A stretch of 64,000 bases of DNA from Mantamonas sphyraenae STR306 (GCA_026936335.1 JAPMXV010000072.1:186001-250000); one strand, 5' to 3'. Positions 9,662 to 21,768 are shown, counted from the first letter of the stretch. Notes: generated by a model not told the origin, from the letters alone. Made by a program: numbers and translations.

Positions 9662-12457
9662 GGGAACAGAGTGAGGCCTGCGACGGTAAAGGAGGAGCGC
9701 AGTGGCAAGCACCGGGAGATTGTCAAGACGATGGACGAGCACGTGCTTGTGTTTGATCCGAAAAGCAACAAGGAGGATGCGCCTCGTCGCGGGGTGCCGA
9801 CGGGCAAGCGAGCGAAAGACGAGGTGCTTGCGTTTGACCGGGTGTTCCAACAGGACGCATGTCAACGGGAGGTGTACGAGGCTACGACGAAGCCACTGTT
9901 GGACAGTGTGATGGATGGGATCAACGCGACGGTGTTTGCGTACGGGGCGACGGGGGCGGGCAAGACGTTCACCATGATTGGGACGGCGGAGAAGCCCGGG
10001 GTGATGGTGCACACCATTGAGGATCTGTTTGAACGGATGGAGGAACGACGTCTGGACAAGGAGTTCAAGCTGGTCATGACCTACCTGGAGGTGTACAACG
10101 AAACCATCCGGGATCTGCTGGACTTTGACGGGGACCGCAAGCCACTGTCGCTGCGTGAAGACCCACGCAAGGGCCCCGTGGTGGCAGGCATCAGCAAGCA
10201 TGTGATTGAGTCGCCCGACGAGGTGTTTGATCTGCTGGAGGCGGGCAATCGCCATCGCACGCAGTCGCCCACAGAGGCAAACGCGGAATCGTCGCGCTCG
10301 CACGCGGTGCTGACCATTCACATCCACGGCACGGAGCGGACCAAGAACACGTCGTCGTCGGTCAAGGTGGGCAAGCTGTCCCTGATCGATCTGGCCGGGT
10401 CGGAGCGCGCGAGTGTGACCAAGAATCGCGGGTCCCGGCTGATCGAGGGGGCAAACATCAACAAGTCGCTGCTGGCGCTGGCCAACTGCATCAACGCACT
10501 GGGGGCGTCGTACAAGAAGGGCGGCCACGTGCCGTACCGCAACAGCAAGTTGACGCGTCTGCTGAAGGACTCGCTGGGGGGCAGTTGCAAGACGGTGATG
10601 ATTGCCAACGTGTCACCCTCGGCCTGCTCCTCCGAGGATTCGTACAACACGCTCAAGTACGCCAACCGGGCCAAGAACATCAAAACCAAGATTGTGAAGA
10701 ATGTGGTCAAGGTGGACCACCACATCAGCGAGTACACACGCATCATCGAGGAGCTGCGCAACGAGAACCAGAGCCTGAAGGAGCAGATCCGCGTGTACGA
10801 ACCCCACACGTACCGTGGCGGTGAGGATGGCGAGGAGGGCGGCGGTGCGGGTGCAGCTGCGCGTGAGGAAGCCATGCGGGAGAAGATTGAGGAGTTTCGC
10901 ACACACATCCAGATCTGCTTCAGCACACGGGCAGAGATTGTGCAGGAGCTGGTGGACATTGAGCGGGAGGAGAGCAGCACGTCGGCGCGAATTTACCAGT
11001 TGCAGTCGCGTGTGGATGCGCTGGAGGCAGAGGCAGAGGAAGCGGATGCGGGGGCGGAGGAGGATCAGGAAGAGGCGGCAGAGCGTGCGGAGGAGTTGGA
11101 AGCACTGCGTGCCGAGGTGGAAGAGGCAAACGAGACGATGGAGCTGATTATGTCGAACAAGAACAGGTACCTGAGTTTGTTTGAGCAGAACGGACGGGAT
11201 CGGGCGCTGATTGAGCTGGACATCAAGAAGATGGTGCGGGACCCCGTGCACCGGGAGTTTCTGGCGCAGGAGTTCAACGTGCAGCGGCTGCAGTGCGACT
11301 CGTTGGAGATGGAGCGTGTGATGTTGGTGCGCGACAGCGAACACGCGGCACGGGAGGCACAGTTGCAGGCGTACGAGGCGCAGATGGAAAAGATGATGGC
11401 CACCATGCGGCGGCAGCAGGCGGCGCTGGCACAGGGCAAGCCCTTGGACGATGCTCTGCAACGGGAGTATGTGGCAAGCAAGAAGACGTACGAGAGTGTG
11501 TTGGTGAACGGCACACACCGGCGTCGGGGACACTTTGCCACGTTTCGCAAGGATGTGGGACGATTCAAGACCCCGGGCAAGGGCAAACTGATGGAGAGTG
11601 TGGGTGGAGGCGTGGGTGGCGACGGCCATTCGTTGTCGTCCATGCGAGGCAGGCGCAAGGTGGGATTGAGCAGCAGCGCAGGTGGTGCTGGTGGTGCTGG
11701 TGGTGCTGGCAGCATGAGCAAGAAGGGCGAGGGTGGAGAGCATGTGCGCAGTCCGTGGCGCAGCCAGGCGTCGCGTCGTGCTGAGAGCAGGGCACGTGTG
11801 AGTGGCGGGTCGCCGTTGAAGGCACATGGCAACGCAGGGGCGGTGTTGGAGCGAATCAACCGATGGAAGGAGAGCACGCCCGGACGCAAGATGGGCAAGA
11901 GTGTGGCCACCATGCGCATGGGAAGCAGCAGGCGAGACAACGAGGAGGAGGAGGAGGAGAACGAGGAGGATGAGGAGAGTGTGTTGGATCAGAGCAGCGC
12001 CAGCAGCAGGGTGGACGAAACACTGGAGAGCGTGATCCTGGAGGATGTGAGCATCAACTCGTCGTTGGCATCGGTGCGAGGCATGGATTCGCAGCAGAGG
12101 ACACTGGCCAAGCTGTTTGACGAGGTGGGTGGCAGCAAAACCAAGGCGGAGCGTGTGGTGCGTGGTGGCGGAGGTGGTGGTGGATTGCGACGTCCCACCT
12201 CTCGCAGCCGCAGCAGCAGCAAGGAGAGCAAAGAGAACAGCAGCCAGCCGCAGCAGCAGCAGCAGCAGCAGCGTGTGCGTCCTGTGACCAGCAGTGGGAT
12301 CAGCAGCAGCAGCAGCAGTCGACACGGCATGAAGAAGAGCAACAGCAGCAGCAGTGGACTGGTGGGTAGCTCAGGCAGCCATACGTCGCGTGCGCAGAAG
12401 GAGCATGTGCGACGCATGCGAGCGCAGCGTGAAAAGGCAGTGAGTGCGTGGCGATGA
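9360..12457 (+). CDS. Kinesin-8 family motor (KIF18/KIF19-like); intron 9488-9669
   Basis: Splicing restores IFVAVRVRP. Motifs YGATGAGKT, SSRSH, LIDLAGSER, EGANINKSLLALANCINAL and HVPYRNSKLTRLLKDSLGG, then coiled coil. Confidence 0.93.
9614..9660 (+). repeat. Intronic (CA)n microsatellite; similar CA/GT tracts at about 4912-4936, 8803-8860, 8987-9000, 14543-14570, 15876-15890 and 15962-16000
   Basis: Read directly; all lie in predicted introns. Confidence 0.9.
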
Positions 12458-12495
12458 GGAGAGGAAGGAAACAAAAGGACCTTGAGTTGAGCTGT

Positions 12496-14199
12496 TTATG
12501 GGCCGACGTACTGCGCCACATCGTCGTAGGAAAGGGTGTAGATCTGCATGTCGTCTGGGGATTGGAGGGTGGCCTGTGCAGAGGATTTGTTGCGTTGGAG
12601 CAGGGTGCACACCTGGCCGTAGAGGGGTGAGGAACGGGAGAGGACTTTGACGAGGCCGCCCTTCTTGGGCAAGGCAGTCTCGAGCTGGTTCTGGTGGGCA
12701 TGGACAAGTGGCGTATGGTCGTCAAAGCGTATGGTGCAGGTGTAGGGAGAGAGCACATCCACAATGCTGGCCTTTTTCGTGTAAAAGGCCCCGTTTTCCG
12801 TGTGTTTGTCCACAAAACGCACGCGGATGTCCGGAGCCAGCCACGATGGGCCTGTGGGGGTCATTTGGAGAGATGATGATGATGAGGATGAGGATGAGGA
12901 TGCTGTGTGGTTGCTTGGGTTGGGTTTGCTGCGTTTGGTGGCGTGCGGATGTTGTTGTTCCTCCTGTTGATCATCATCATCATTGTCACGTGGCCGTTTG
13001 CTTGTGGATGAGGAATCCTGTGTGTTGGCACTGGTGGTGGTGGTGGTAGTGGTGGTGGTGGTGGTGCCATTTTGGTCAAAGTAGGGATGACCATCGTGAC
13101 GCAACTGGGCCTCGTGGAGGATGGTCAGGTGTTGCCGTTTGACCTTGACATCCTGTCCGTTCTTGAGGGTCACCATGGCTGAGGTGAGACCTGCCAACAG
13201 TCGTACCCTGCCCCACAGTCCTTCATGCTTGCCCTGTGTGATTTCCACCAGGACCCCCTCGTCCAAGGCGGAGGGTTTGGCAGCAATCAACTCCTGGTCC
13301 AGGGTGCGATAGTGTTGCACACGACCATCCTTGGAAGTGGGCATGACCTGCACCCCCGATGCCCCTGACCCTGCCCCTGCCCCTGCCTTGTGTTCCGATG
13401 GTTTCTTGTGTCGCTTCTTGTTCCGCGATGGCGGTGGAGGCACGTCTTTGATCTCCGCGCCCAGGCCGGCGCGGTCGGGGCGTGGCACAAACTCGATGGG
13501 TTGGACAAGGGTGGAGTTGGATGCGGAACGACCCACACCCATGCCCTGAGACCATCCCATGCCACGCATCATGGCAGCCCCGAAATTGTCCACCGGCACT
13601 CGTTCGTAGTCGGCCAGCGAGGCCTGTTCGGGGCGCGAAAGAAGGTCCAGTTTGAAGAGACGGTCATCATCCACACCCTGGGATCGTGCCTTTTGGACCA
13701 GGGGATGGGCAGCTGTGGCAAGGATGGGGGCATTGGATGAGGAGGAGGTGGTGGAGGTGGAGGAGGACGACGGAAGGTGAGCGTGTGTGGAGGAGCCGTC
13801 GTCGGCCGACTCTGCTGTGTCTGCTGCTGTGACATTGGTATTCTGCAACAGGGATTGTGCTGCTTGGGCATCCAATGAAAGGGTGGATTGAAGGGTGGCA
13901 GCATCCACTTCCTTCCACTGCGGCGTGCGTTGCAACGGGATCACCAGATTGTCCGCCGCCGACTGCTTCTTGCGACGCTCTTGTTCTGCCAGAGACACCC
14001 CATGGTTGACAAGGGAATCCACAGACGCAGACGACGACGATGATGAGGCGGAGGCATTGCTCTGGCCATTGCTGTTGCTGGAGGAGGAGGAGGAGGAGGA
14101 GGAGGCAAAGGCACTGACGGAGCCCGCCCGTGGCTTTGGTTTGGACTTTGCCTTGGCCGTGTTGATGGTGAATGCCACAGAAGGTGTGTCCTGGGACAT
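12496..14199 (-). CDS. GPKOW: G-patch and KOW splicing factor (Spp2/MOS2/GPKOW)
   Basis: DYERVPVDNFGAAMMRGMGW..GLGA G-patch; KOW motifs (VEITQGKHEG, WLAPDIRVRFVD, QLETALP). Confidence 0.9.
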   Translation of the reverse strand: MSQDTPSVAFTINTAKAKSKPKPRAGSVSAFASSSSSSSSSNSNGQSNASASSSSSSASVDSLVNHGVSLAEQERRKKQSAADNLVIPLQRTPQWKEVDAATLQSTLSLDAQAAQSLLQNTNVTAADTAESADDGSSTHAHLPSSSSTSTTSSSSNAPILATAAHPLVQKARSQGVDDDRLFKLDLLSRPEQASLADYERVPVDNFGAAMMRGMGWSQGMGVGRSASNSTLVQPIEFVPRPDRAGLGAEIKDVPPPPSRNKKRHKKPSEHKAGAGAGSGASGVQVMPTSKDGRVQHYRTLDQELIAAKPSALDEGVLVEITQGKHEGLWGRVRLLAGLTSAMVTLKNGQDVKVKRQHLTILHEAQLRHDGHPYFDQNGTTTTTTTTTTTSANTQDSSSTSKRPRDNDDDDQQEEQQHPHATKRSKPNPSNHTASSSSSSSSSSLQMTPTGPSWLAPDIRVRFVDKHTENGAFYTKKASIVDVLSPYTCTIRFDDHTPLVHAHQNQLETALPKKGGLVKVLSRSSPLYGQVCTLLQRNKSSAQATLQSPDDMQIYTLSYDDVAQYVGP

Positions 14200-14293
14200 T
14201 CTCTTGGGTGAATGAGAGAGAGAGAGTGTGTGTGTGTGGGGGGGAAGGATTGGGCTGGGGCGGCGGGTGCTGCGCTGGGGCTGGCACGGCAAG

Positions 14294-14537
14294 ATGTTTT
14301 CCAGAGCTGTGAACAGAGTTGGAGTCAAACAGGGGATGCAACTGGGCCTGGGTGTGCAGAGTACAATGTCATGGCTGGGTGGCCAGGGAATGGACGTGCA
14401 GGTGGCCTGGTATAGCAATGGCAATGGCGGTTGTGCACAGTGCGGAGGTGGAGGCACGGCCGACCTGCTGGTGTGCTCAGAGTGTGGACGTGTGCAGGAT
14501 CTTGGGGATGACGTCGACTACTTTGCGCTGTTTGGGT

Positions 14538-14573
<36 letters not shown>

Positions 14574-15117
14574 ATGGCGTGGCAGGTGAGCGAACGGAAG
14601 GTTTGAAATTGGAGCAAACCGGAACTGACACGGAAAGGGGACACACGGGCACAGGGAGGCTGGGTACAGAGTCGACAGCAACCAGCTGCACAAAGAGTAT
14701 CTTGGGGTGTCTAGAAAGACGCACCCCGACCGATTTGAGCGTGAGGGAGGGGAGGAGGTGGCACGTGCGGCAGGGACGTTTGCTCGGATCAACACAGCAT
14801 ACCAAACACTGAAGGATCCGCTGAAGCGGGCATTGTACATGTTGGAGCAAATGAGTGGGAGTCCCGAGGTGGACAGTGTGGAGAACGATCCGATGCTGCT
14901 GATGGAGGTGATGGAAGCACGGGAGACACTGGAGGAGGCATGGGAGGAGGGAAACACACAGGTGATGGAAGAGATGGTCAATGAGATGGACAAACGGATG
15001 CAAGAGACGAGTGGATTGTTGGCAGAGGCATTTGAGGCCAAGGAGGTGGAGGAAGCACGGCGATTGACACACAGACTGCAGTACTGGACCAAATTGCGAT
15101 CGGAAGCCATGGGATGA
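14294..15117 (+). CDS. HSCB: Mitochondrial Fe-S co-chaperone HscB/Jac1; intron 14539-14654
   Basis: Mitochondrial-type leader MFSRAVNR; CAQC..CSEC; DYFALFGL; HPD; INTAYQTLKDPLKRALYML; LLMEVMEARE. Confidence 0.92.
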
Positions 15118-15217
15118 TCATGAGAGAGGTGATGGTGGTGATGGGGTGATGGGGTGGGGATGGGGATGGGATGAGGTTGTGTGTGGGGTGCGCTGGTGGA
15201 GGCAGTGGAACTTGAAG

Positions 15218-16718
15218 ATGGGCATGTCGTCGGAACTCGTGGCGTCGTACAGCCGGGCAGCCTTCTTTGGACTGGCATACATCTCATGCACCACCATTGT
15301 GTCCATGTTCAACAAAAAGGTGTTTGACGCAGGCTTCCGACTGCCCGTCTCCCTGTGTTTCTTTCAACAACTGGGCAACCTGGTCTTTCTCCTCGTCGGC
15401 CAGTGGCTCATGCAGCAGATGTACCCAGACAAGTATGGGGTCTCCAAATCCGACATGCCCTCCCGTCCTGTGGAAGTGCCCATGTACCACACCGACAAGG
15501 TGAGTGAGGTGTCATCCCCTCCGCGCATGGCCGTGTGTGTTTATTCCCTGGCTCACCAAAATGTGCGTTTCGTCCGCGCCCTTTGCCACTCTCGTTGGAC
15601 ACCACCACGTGCAGTTTTGGCAACGTGTGCACATGCTGTTCCCTGTGGCTCTGTGTTTGGCATTGAACATTGTTCTGACCAACTGGAGTCTGTTCAAGCT
15701 CGATCTGAACGTGTTTATTGTGCTGCGTGCGTCGACCATTGTCTGGATTGTCCTCCTGGGCTACCTCATGCTCGGCCAGCGCGTGTCGGCCATCAAGGCA
15801 CTGGCCTGTTCCCTTGTGCTCGTCGGAGGCTTGGCCGTGGCCATTTCTTTTGCCAAGAGTGCGTTGTGGTGACTCTGTGTGTGTGTGTGCGGTTGTGCCC
15901 AAGCGAAAAAGGGAGCGGGCGCGCGGAACGGGGCGTCGGGGAGCCAAAGCAAAGACCCACTCACACACACACACACGCACACACACACACACACACACGC
16001 ACCCGTCTCACTCATGCTCGCATGCTCCCACGATGACCTACTGCTCCCCTTGGCCACGCTCTGCGTCCACACAGATGCACCGACAAAGCGCACGCGCACG
16101 GTGACGGACAAGGTGGCGGGGGTGGCGTTCTGCTTGGCGTCGACGATTGCCAATGGCTTCATGCTCATTCTGATGAAAAAGGTACTGGCTGGCCCAGGGA
16201 TGGCCAATGACACCAGTGGGACGAGTGGCAATGGCAGCGATGAGGAGGACGTGGAGGGTGGGCAGAGTGCAGCGGCGGCTCCCGCAAGCGACAACCTCAA
16301 GTTTGCCAAGTTTGACTTTTTCTTCTACCAAAGCGTCAACTGTGCAGCGGTGCTGGGCGTGACGGCTCTGATGCTGGAGGGCCTGCCTCTGTTCCAGGTG
16401 CTGCAGAGCGACAGCGCAGGAGAGATCCTGCAGGTGCTGGCGACGTCCTCGTTCATGTCTATCTTTTACCAACTGTCGCTGATTGGACTGGTGCAATCCA
16501 CCACGCCCCTGAGCAAGGAGATCATCTCGCAGAGCAAGATCGTGCCGCAGACCATGCTGGCCATTGTGTTTTTCGACGAACACTACACCAGCACCACGGT
16601 CCTGGGCCTCATGGTGGCTGTCTGCGGCTTGGCGCTGTATTCGTATGTGTCCTTCAACGAGGACAAGCGCGCGGTGCAGTCCAAGAGTCTTGTGGTTCCG
16701 TCCAAGCACCGGGAGTGA
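15218..16718 (+). CDS. TPT/nucleotide-sugar transporter (SLC35/DMT); introns 15500-15614 and 15859-16074
   Basis: IVSMFNKKVF..FRLPVSL, NIVLTNWSL and TTPLS..IISQSKIV patterns; about 10 hydrophobic segments; splicing keeps the frame. Confidence 0.8.
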
Positions 16719-16807
16719 AAGTGCACAGCGGAAATGGAACATAATTTTTGATTGACAGCAAAATCACGACTATGGTGAGAATGTTGAATTTGTAGATGAA
16801 TCAAAAT

Positions 16808-17575
16808 TTACATATCTTTGGCATCCTGCGACGAGCAGGCTACCAAGCCATCGCCAGACACGAGGTAGTCCACGCAGTAGTCATGGTCGTCGACGTGAAA
16901 GGCGTCCTCTTCGAGGATCTGCACCGTGTGGCAGACTCCGACAAGGACCGGGGGAGGCCGGTTGTTCCGATGGGCAAGGTCGACGGCAGCGGTGAGCCAG
17001 CGATCGTAGAAGCCCTTTCCACGACCACAACGCTTGCCTGACGGGGTAAAGGCTAGGCCAGGCACAAGAACGAGGTCGGGGCCATCGGGGTGGTCGAGGA
17101 CGTCGGCCGAGGAGAGAGATTCGTCCTGGTCGTCGCCGTCGGGCTGTACAGTGTCCTCCACGGGCTCGGCAATGCCCAAGGCGTTTGTGTCAAAGGAGGA
17201 TGCGTCGGATAGGCGAAGCATGCGCATCTGGCCGTTGTCCAGGTCATCAATGCGTGGCGCGTAGGCGGTGTGGGTTGAGCTTGCAAGGAGGTGCTCGACG
17301 ACTGGGCCCACGTCGAGCTCACGCTTCATGGCAAGGTAGACGACGACGTGGTGTGCGTCGGCCAAGAGGTCTGACCCGATGAGCGAGTCGTTCACAAGCT
17401 TTGCTTCTGTGTGCGGGTCGGAAACGGGAACCCGGTCCGCGTCTGCGGCGTCTGAGGAGGATGTGGACGAGATGGAGGAGGAGGAGACAGTGAGGGAATG
17501 GTGAGGGGAGGCAGAGTCATAGAGGGCTCGCAGAGTGGCACGCATCTGCTTGCGCAACGCGGGTTTGGCCAACAT
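16808..17575 (-). CDS. MTHFS: 5-formyltetrahydrofolate cyclo-ligase
   Basis: KPALRKQMR; GIAEP; DLVLVPGLAF..GKRCGRGKGFYDRWL; HD. Confidence 0.93.
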   Translation of the reverse strand: MLAKPALRKQMRATLRALYDSASPHHSLTVSSSSISSTSSSDAADADRVPVSDPHTEAKLVNDSLIGSDLLADAHHVVVYLAMKRELDVGPVVEHLLASSTHTAYAPRIDDLDNGQMRMLRLSDASSFDTNALGIAEPVEDTVQPDGDDQDESLSSADVLDHPDGPDLVLVPGLAFTPSGKRCGRGKGFYDRWLTAAVDLAHRNNRPPPVLVGVCHTVQILEEDAFHVDDHDYCVDYLVSGDGLVACSSQDAKDM

Positions 17576-17619
17576 TTTGCGAGTTCCCGAGAACCAACAA
17601 AGCGAGAGAGTTGGGCACG

Positions 17620-20600
17620 ATGTCGCGGTTCAAGCTAAAGAGGAGCAGTGGGCGTGCGTACCAATCTCTATCGCAGGCAGAAGCGAGAGAAGGGGACGGG
17701 GCGACAGGAGTGATGGTGGGGCTGGGAACACAGGGTGCAGGAGGGAGGCAAGGGCAGGTGCAGTCGCAGTCGAGCGCGGTTCGGAAGACGGGCATGGGGA
17801 AACACAAGGGAAAGGACAAAAAGAAGAACATGATCCAGAGCAGCATCACACGACACATCTTGTCGAGTGACATTGCATCGTGGAAGCGGTGGGAACACGG
17901 GGCGGCTGTCGAAAGCGAGTACTTTGGCGGGGCGGGGAGCAGCAACAAGCGCAAGCTGGAGCTGCTTGTAGAGGCAGCAGAGGAGGAGGAGGAGGCGGAG
18001 GAGGCAGAGAGGAATAGGGGAAGGAGGAAGGGTAAGAAGAAGAAGAAGGTGGTTGGGGTGCAACAGGGTGGTGGGGACGCAGGAAGGGTGGCACGGGTGT
18101 GGGCAACGGTGAAGCACACGAGCAAAAGGGCACGTGCAGAGGCAGAAGGAGTGCAAGCAGCACGGGATCGTGTGGTGGCAGAACAGGTGGCACGTGCTCG
18201 ACGCAATGGAACGGGGGGTGGTGGCGGTGGTGGTGGTGGAGAGGAGGGGGAGGGGGAGGGGGAGGAGGTGGGGTTGAGTGATCTGCCAAGCGAGGTGCTG
18301 GAGAACATTGTGGGATTCATGAGTGCAGAACAGATGCGGAAAATGAGCACATTGCCTCTGTTTACGAGTTTGTACGAGAACAACATGCGTATGGTGTGGC
18401 AACTGGCGTACCATGGGGATCACGGGGCACGCAGGGTGATTGCCGAGCAGAAGTTGACGCCTGGAGATCTGTCCCAAGGCAAGACGCTCGTGCATGTGCT
18501 ACGTGCACTGAGCAAGGACAAGAGACACCAGAGAGGGGAGCACACGTCTGTGTTTTATGCGCTGTTGGCAGGAGGGAGCGAACACGGGTTGCCCGTGGAG
18601 ATGGAGACGTTGAACGCAGCGTATGCGCTGTGCGAAGAACACAGGATCGACGTGGAGCGCATGGAGGCTGTGTTGTTGCTTCTGCTGTTGTTGTGCAAGG
18701 ATGAGGAACAGATGTATGCGCTTGTGCACCGGTTGACGACGGCATGTAGGCAATGTCAGGCGCATCTGCAGCCGAATGGGCAGCCTGTGGCCAGCTACTG
18801 CTACGGAGATGCAGGGAAGGTGTCGATGTGGAACGCAGCTGTGATGGAGTGGGCAGAGGAGCCTGGGATGGTGGCTTCGTTGCCACCAAACAGGCGCAGG
18901 GAGCTGAGGGAAGCCGAGAGTGCCCTGGAGACAGGCAGCATGCGACGATGCAACGGCCCAAGTGGACACTTGCGCATGCATTTGAGGTCGCAGAGGGTGT
19001 GGGCACGCAATCGGGTGGGTGTACAGCAGTCGTGGACGGCGGCAGAGGTGAAGGAGGTGTTGTATGCGGCGCTGTTGCGGTTCCGTGAGGGGAACCTGGC
19101 ACAGACGACGGGGCGAGCAGGGATTGGGTTTGGAAGGGACGTGGAGGCAGTGTTGGCACGCATGGACACGTATAGTCTGCCCTGGGCGCCGTTGAGCAGT
19201 GGGATGCTGAGCAACGAGCAGGTGCAGGTGGTGGCGTGCGATGTGAAGCCTGGCCAGGTGCTCAAGGTGACGGCGTATGCAGGGACAGGCAAGACAACAA
19301 CGCTGGTGCACTACTGTCGACTGAGGCCGCGCTTGCGGTTCCTGTACCTTGCGTTCAACAAGGCGATTGCCGAGGAGGCCAAGAGCAAGTTTCCGTCGAA
19401 TGTACGGTGCAGCACGTTCCATTCGATGGCGTGGCGGTACACGGGTAGGCTGTACCAGCACAAAGTCAAGGGGCAGGTGAGCCCGTCCGAGGTTGTGAAC
19501 TGCCTGGACTTTCAGTTTGCGCGGGTGATGACGGTGTGCAGGATGGTGGTGGCGACGGTGGTGGGCTTTCTGGCGAGTGCAGACGACAACCTGGGCAAGA
19601 AACACATCCCGGAGCAGGCCAAGCGGTACCACCACACAGTGACCCAACAACTGGAGAAGCTGCAGCAGGACTTGGGAGTGGCGACGCCGTCCGAGGCAAC
19701 CAAGAAGCAGAAGCGGATGGAGGAGATCACCGAGGCGTACAAGGCACTTGCAGAGTGTGGACTGACGTTGTCAGACAGCGAAGCAGTGAGTCTGGGCGAG
19801 TTTTACTGCTCGGTGCGGCGGAAGCGTACGCGTTTGGATGTGAGCAAGCTGCCGTTTCCAGACTATGTCAAAATGGGGCGTACGGTGTGGCAGGAGATGC
19901 AGCGTGTGGACAGCACTGCGGTCAGCATGACATTCGATGGGTACTTGAAGCTGGCACAGCTGGAGAGGGAGCATCTGAAGCTGGAAGAGGAGTACGATGT
20001 GATTCTGGTGGACGAGGCACAAGATCTGACACCGGCCAACACGTCGCTGCTGGAGGCCCAAACCGGCTGTGGCCGCATTTACGTGGGCGATTCACACCAG
20101 CAAATCTACTCGTGGCGTGGCGCTGTGGATGCGTTGTCCAAGGTGGACGGACAGGAGTTGTTTCTGACACACAGTTTCCGATTCGGGCGTCGCATCGCAG
20201 CGGTGGCGACGCAGGTGTTGCATGCGATGGACCCGAAAGCACCGGACGTGGTGGGGCGGAATGGGAATGGGGTTGTGATGAGTTCGTTGGTGCAGGACGG
20301 GGTGTTAAGCGCACTGGCGGCCGAGGAGCAGACGTACGAGGACGAATGGCGAGCAGGGATGAGCAGCGGGGATGGTGTGGATGTGTGCAGCAGCAGCAGC
20401 AGTAGCAGTAGCAGTGAGGTGGGCAGTCAGGAAGAGAGTGGGTCGGATGGGAACGAGGATCTGGACGATTTTGACATGGGGTTGGGGGTGGACCAGAGTG
20501 TGAGTGCGCTGAGGGTGAACTATGGGCGTGTGCGTGTGTATGGGGAGCAGGAGGCAGCACGTGGCACGGCGCACTTTGTGCCGTCGTTGAGTGTGAAGAA

Positions 20601-21768
20601 GGGCAAGGAGGATCCGCGTGCTGGGATGGTGTTGGAAGACACATCATCGTCGTCGTCGTCGTTGTCGCAGCAACGGGGAGCAGGGGGCGTTGTGCGGAAG
20701 GAGGTGCGACGCAAGGTAGGCTGTGCTCGGTTCATGGTGGTGTTGTGTCGATCGAACGCAGGGATGTTTCGGGAGGCGATCCGGTATGTGGGGACACACC
20801 AGGTGCGGTTTATGAGCAAGGGTGCGTTTACACGATTTCAGGAGCGTGTGCGGCTGATCCGAGATCTGGTGTATCTGATGACGGGCCAGACACAGCTGAT
20901 TCGCAAGAAGGAGCTGCGTGAGTTTGGGTCGCTGGAAGAGGCGTTGCAGAGCGCAGAGGCGTTGGAGGACATGGAGATGGAGTCGTGCATTCGATTGGTG
21001 GAGAAACGTGGGGAGGCGCTGTTGGAGGAGCTGCGTGGGGTGGGTGGGAAGCTGGCGGCGGTGACGGATCTGCAGGATCTGCAGTCTGTGTTGGACGCAG
21101 AGATGGAGCAGGAGCGGAGGGGCGAATGGTGGAAGCCTGTGGTGTTGCTAAGCACAACACATCAGTGCAAAGGGTTGGAGTTTGATCACGTGAGGCTGAG
21201 CGACGACTTTGTGGATTTGGTTGGGATTGCGTCGGGATTGGAGGAGATGAGAAGGAACAAGGGGAGGAGCAGCAGCAACGGCAGCAGCAGCAGCAGCAGC
21301 AGCGATGTGACTGTGAGTATGCCGCGGCGGCAGAAGGAAGAGTTGAACCTGTTGTATGTGGCATGCACACGAGCACGCAAGGTGTTGGAGTTGTCACCTG
21401 GATTGGAGCGCGGGTTGGTGCACCTGCTGGGGAGCAACCGACGGCCTGTGTTGCGTCCGCCTGGCCTTGTGTTTGGGATGGGCAGTGACGTGTGTGTGCA
21501 GGATGACAAGGACGCGGTGCGGTGTGTGGAGTGTCTGCGTGCAAGTGGAGCAGACAGGGAGGACGACGGGTTGGTGTGGAGTCGTCCCTTGTCGTCGTGG
21601 TGGCGCTTCTGTGGGGATGGGATGGCTGACCATGCGTATGGGTTTGTGTGTGGCATGTGTGCGTTCCAGGGAGGGGGGAAGGTGTTGTGCAGTCTGCGTC
21701 GAGCGGGACGAGGCGTGGGTGAGGCCGAGGAGGCTGAGGAAGGGGATGAGGAGGCATTTGAGCCCTAA
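17620..21768 (+). CDS. FBH1: F-box DNA helicase 1 (UvrD-like SF1 helicase)
   Basis: F-box LSDLPSEVLENIVGF; AYAGTGKTTTL; YLAFNK; LVDEAQD; VGDSHQQIYSWRGA; SFRFG; TTHQCKGLEFD; NLLYVACTRA. Confidence 0.9.
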   Translation: MSRFKLKRSSGRAYQSLSQAEAREGDGATGVMVGLGTQGAGGRQGQVQSQSSAVRKTGMGKHKGKDKKKNMIQSSITRHILSSDIASWKRWEHGAAVESEYFGGAGSSNKRKLELLVEAAEEEEEAEEAERNRGRRKGKKKKKVVGVQQGGGDAGRVARVWATVKHTSKRARAEAEGVQAARDRVVAEQVARARRNGTGGGGGGGGGEEGEGEGEEVGLSDLPSEVLENIVGFMSAEQMRKMSTLPLFTSLYENNMRMVWQLAYHGDHGARRVIAEQKLTPGDLSQGKTLVHVLRALSKDKRHQRGEHTSVFYALLAGGSEHGLPVEMETLNAAYALCEEHRIDVERMEAVLLLLLLLCKDEEQMYALVHRLTTACRQCQAHLQPNGQPVASYCYGDAGKVSMWNAAVMEWAEEPGMVASLPPNRRRELREAESALETGSMRRCNGPSGHLRMHLRSQRVWARNRVGVQQSWTAAEVKEVLYAALLRFREGNLAQTTGRAGIGFGRDVEAVLARMDTYSLPWAPLSSGMLSNEQVQVVACDVKPGQVLKVTAYAGTGKTTTLVHYCRLRPRLRFLYLAFNKAIAEEAKSKFPSNVRCSTFHSMAWRYTGRLYQHKVKGQVSPSEVVNCLDFQFARVMTVCRMVVATVVGFLASADDNLGKKHIPEQAKRYHHTVTQQLEKLQQDLGVATPSEATKKQKRMEEITEAYKALAECGLTLSDSEAVSLGEFYCSVRRKRTRLDVSKLPFPDYVKMGRTVWQEMQRVDSTAVSMTFDGYLKLAQLEREHLKLEEEYDVILVDEAQDLTPANTSLLEAQTGCGRIYVGDSHQQIYSWRGAVDALSKVDGQELFLTHSFRFGRRIAAVATQVLHAMDPKAPDVVGRNGNGVVMSSLVQDGVLSALAAEEQTYEDEWRAGMSSGDGVDVCSSSSSSSSSEVGSQEESGSDGNEDLDDFDMGLGVDQSVSALRVNYGRVRVYGEQEAARGTAHFVPSLSVKKGKEDPRAGMVLEDTSSSSSSLSQQRGAGGVVRKEVRRKVGCARFMVVLCRSNAGMFREAIRYVGTHQVRFMSKGAFTRFQERVRLIRDLVYLMTGQTQLIRKKELREFGSLEEALQSAEALEDMEMESCIRLVEKRGEALLEELRGVGGKLAAVTDLQDLQSVLDAEMEQERRGEWWKPVVLLSTTHQCKGLEFDHVRLSDDFVDLVGIASGLEEMRRNKGRSSSNGSSSSSSSDVTVSMPRRQKEELNLLYVACTRARKVLELSPGLERGLVHLLGSNRRPVLRPPGLVFGMGSDVCVQDDKDAVRCVECLRASGADREDDGLVWSRPLSSWWRFCGDGMADHAYGFVCGMCAFQGGGKVLCSLRRAGRGVGEAEEAEEGDEEAFEP

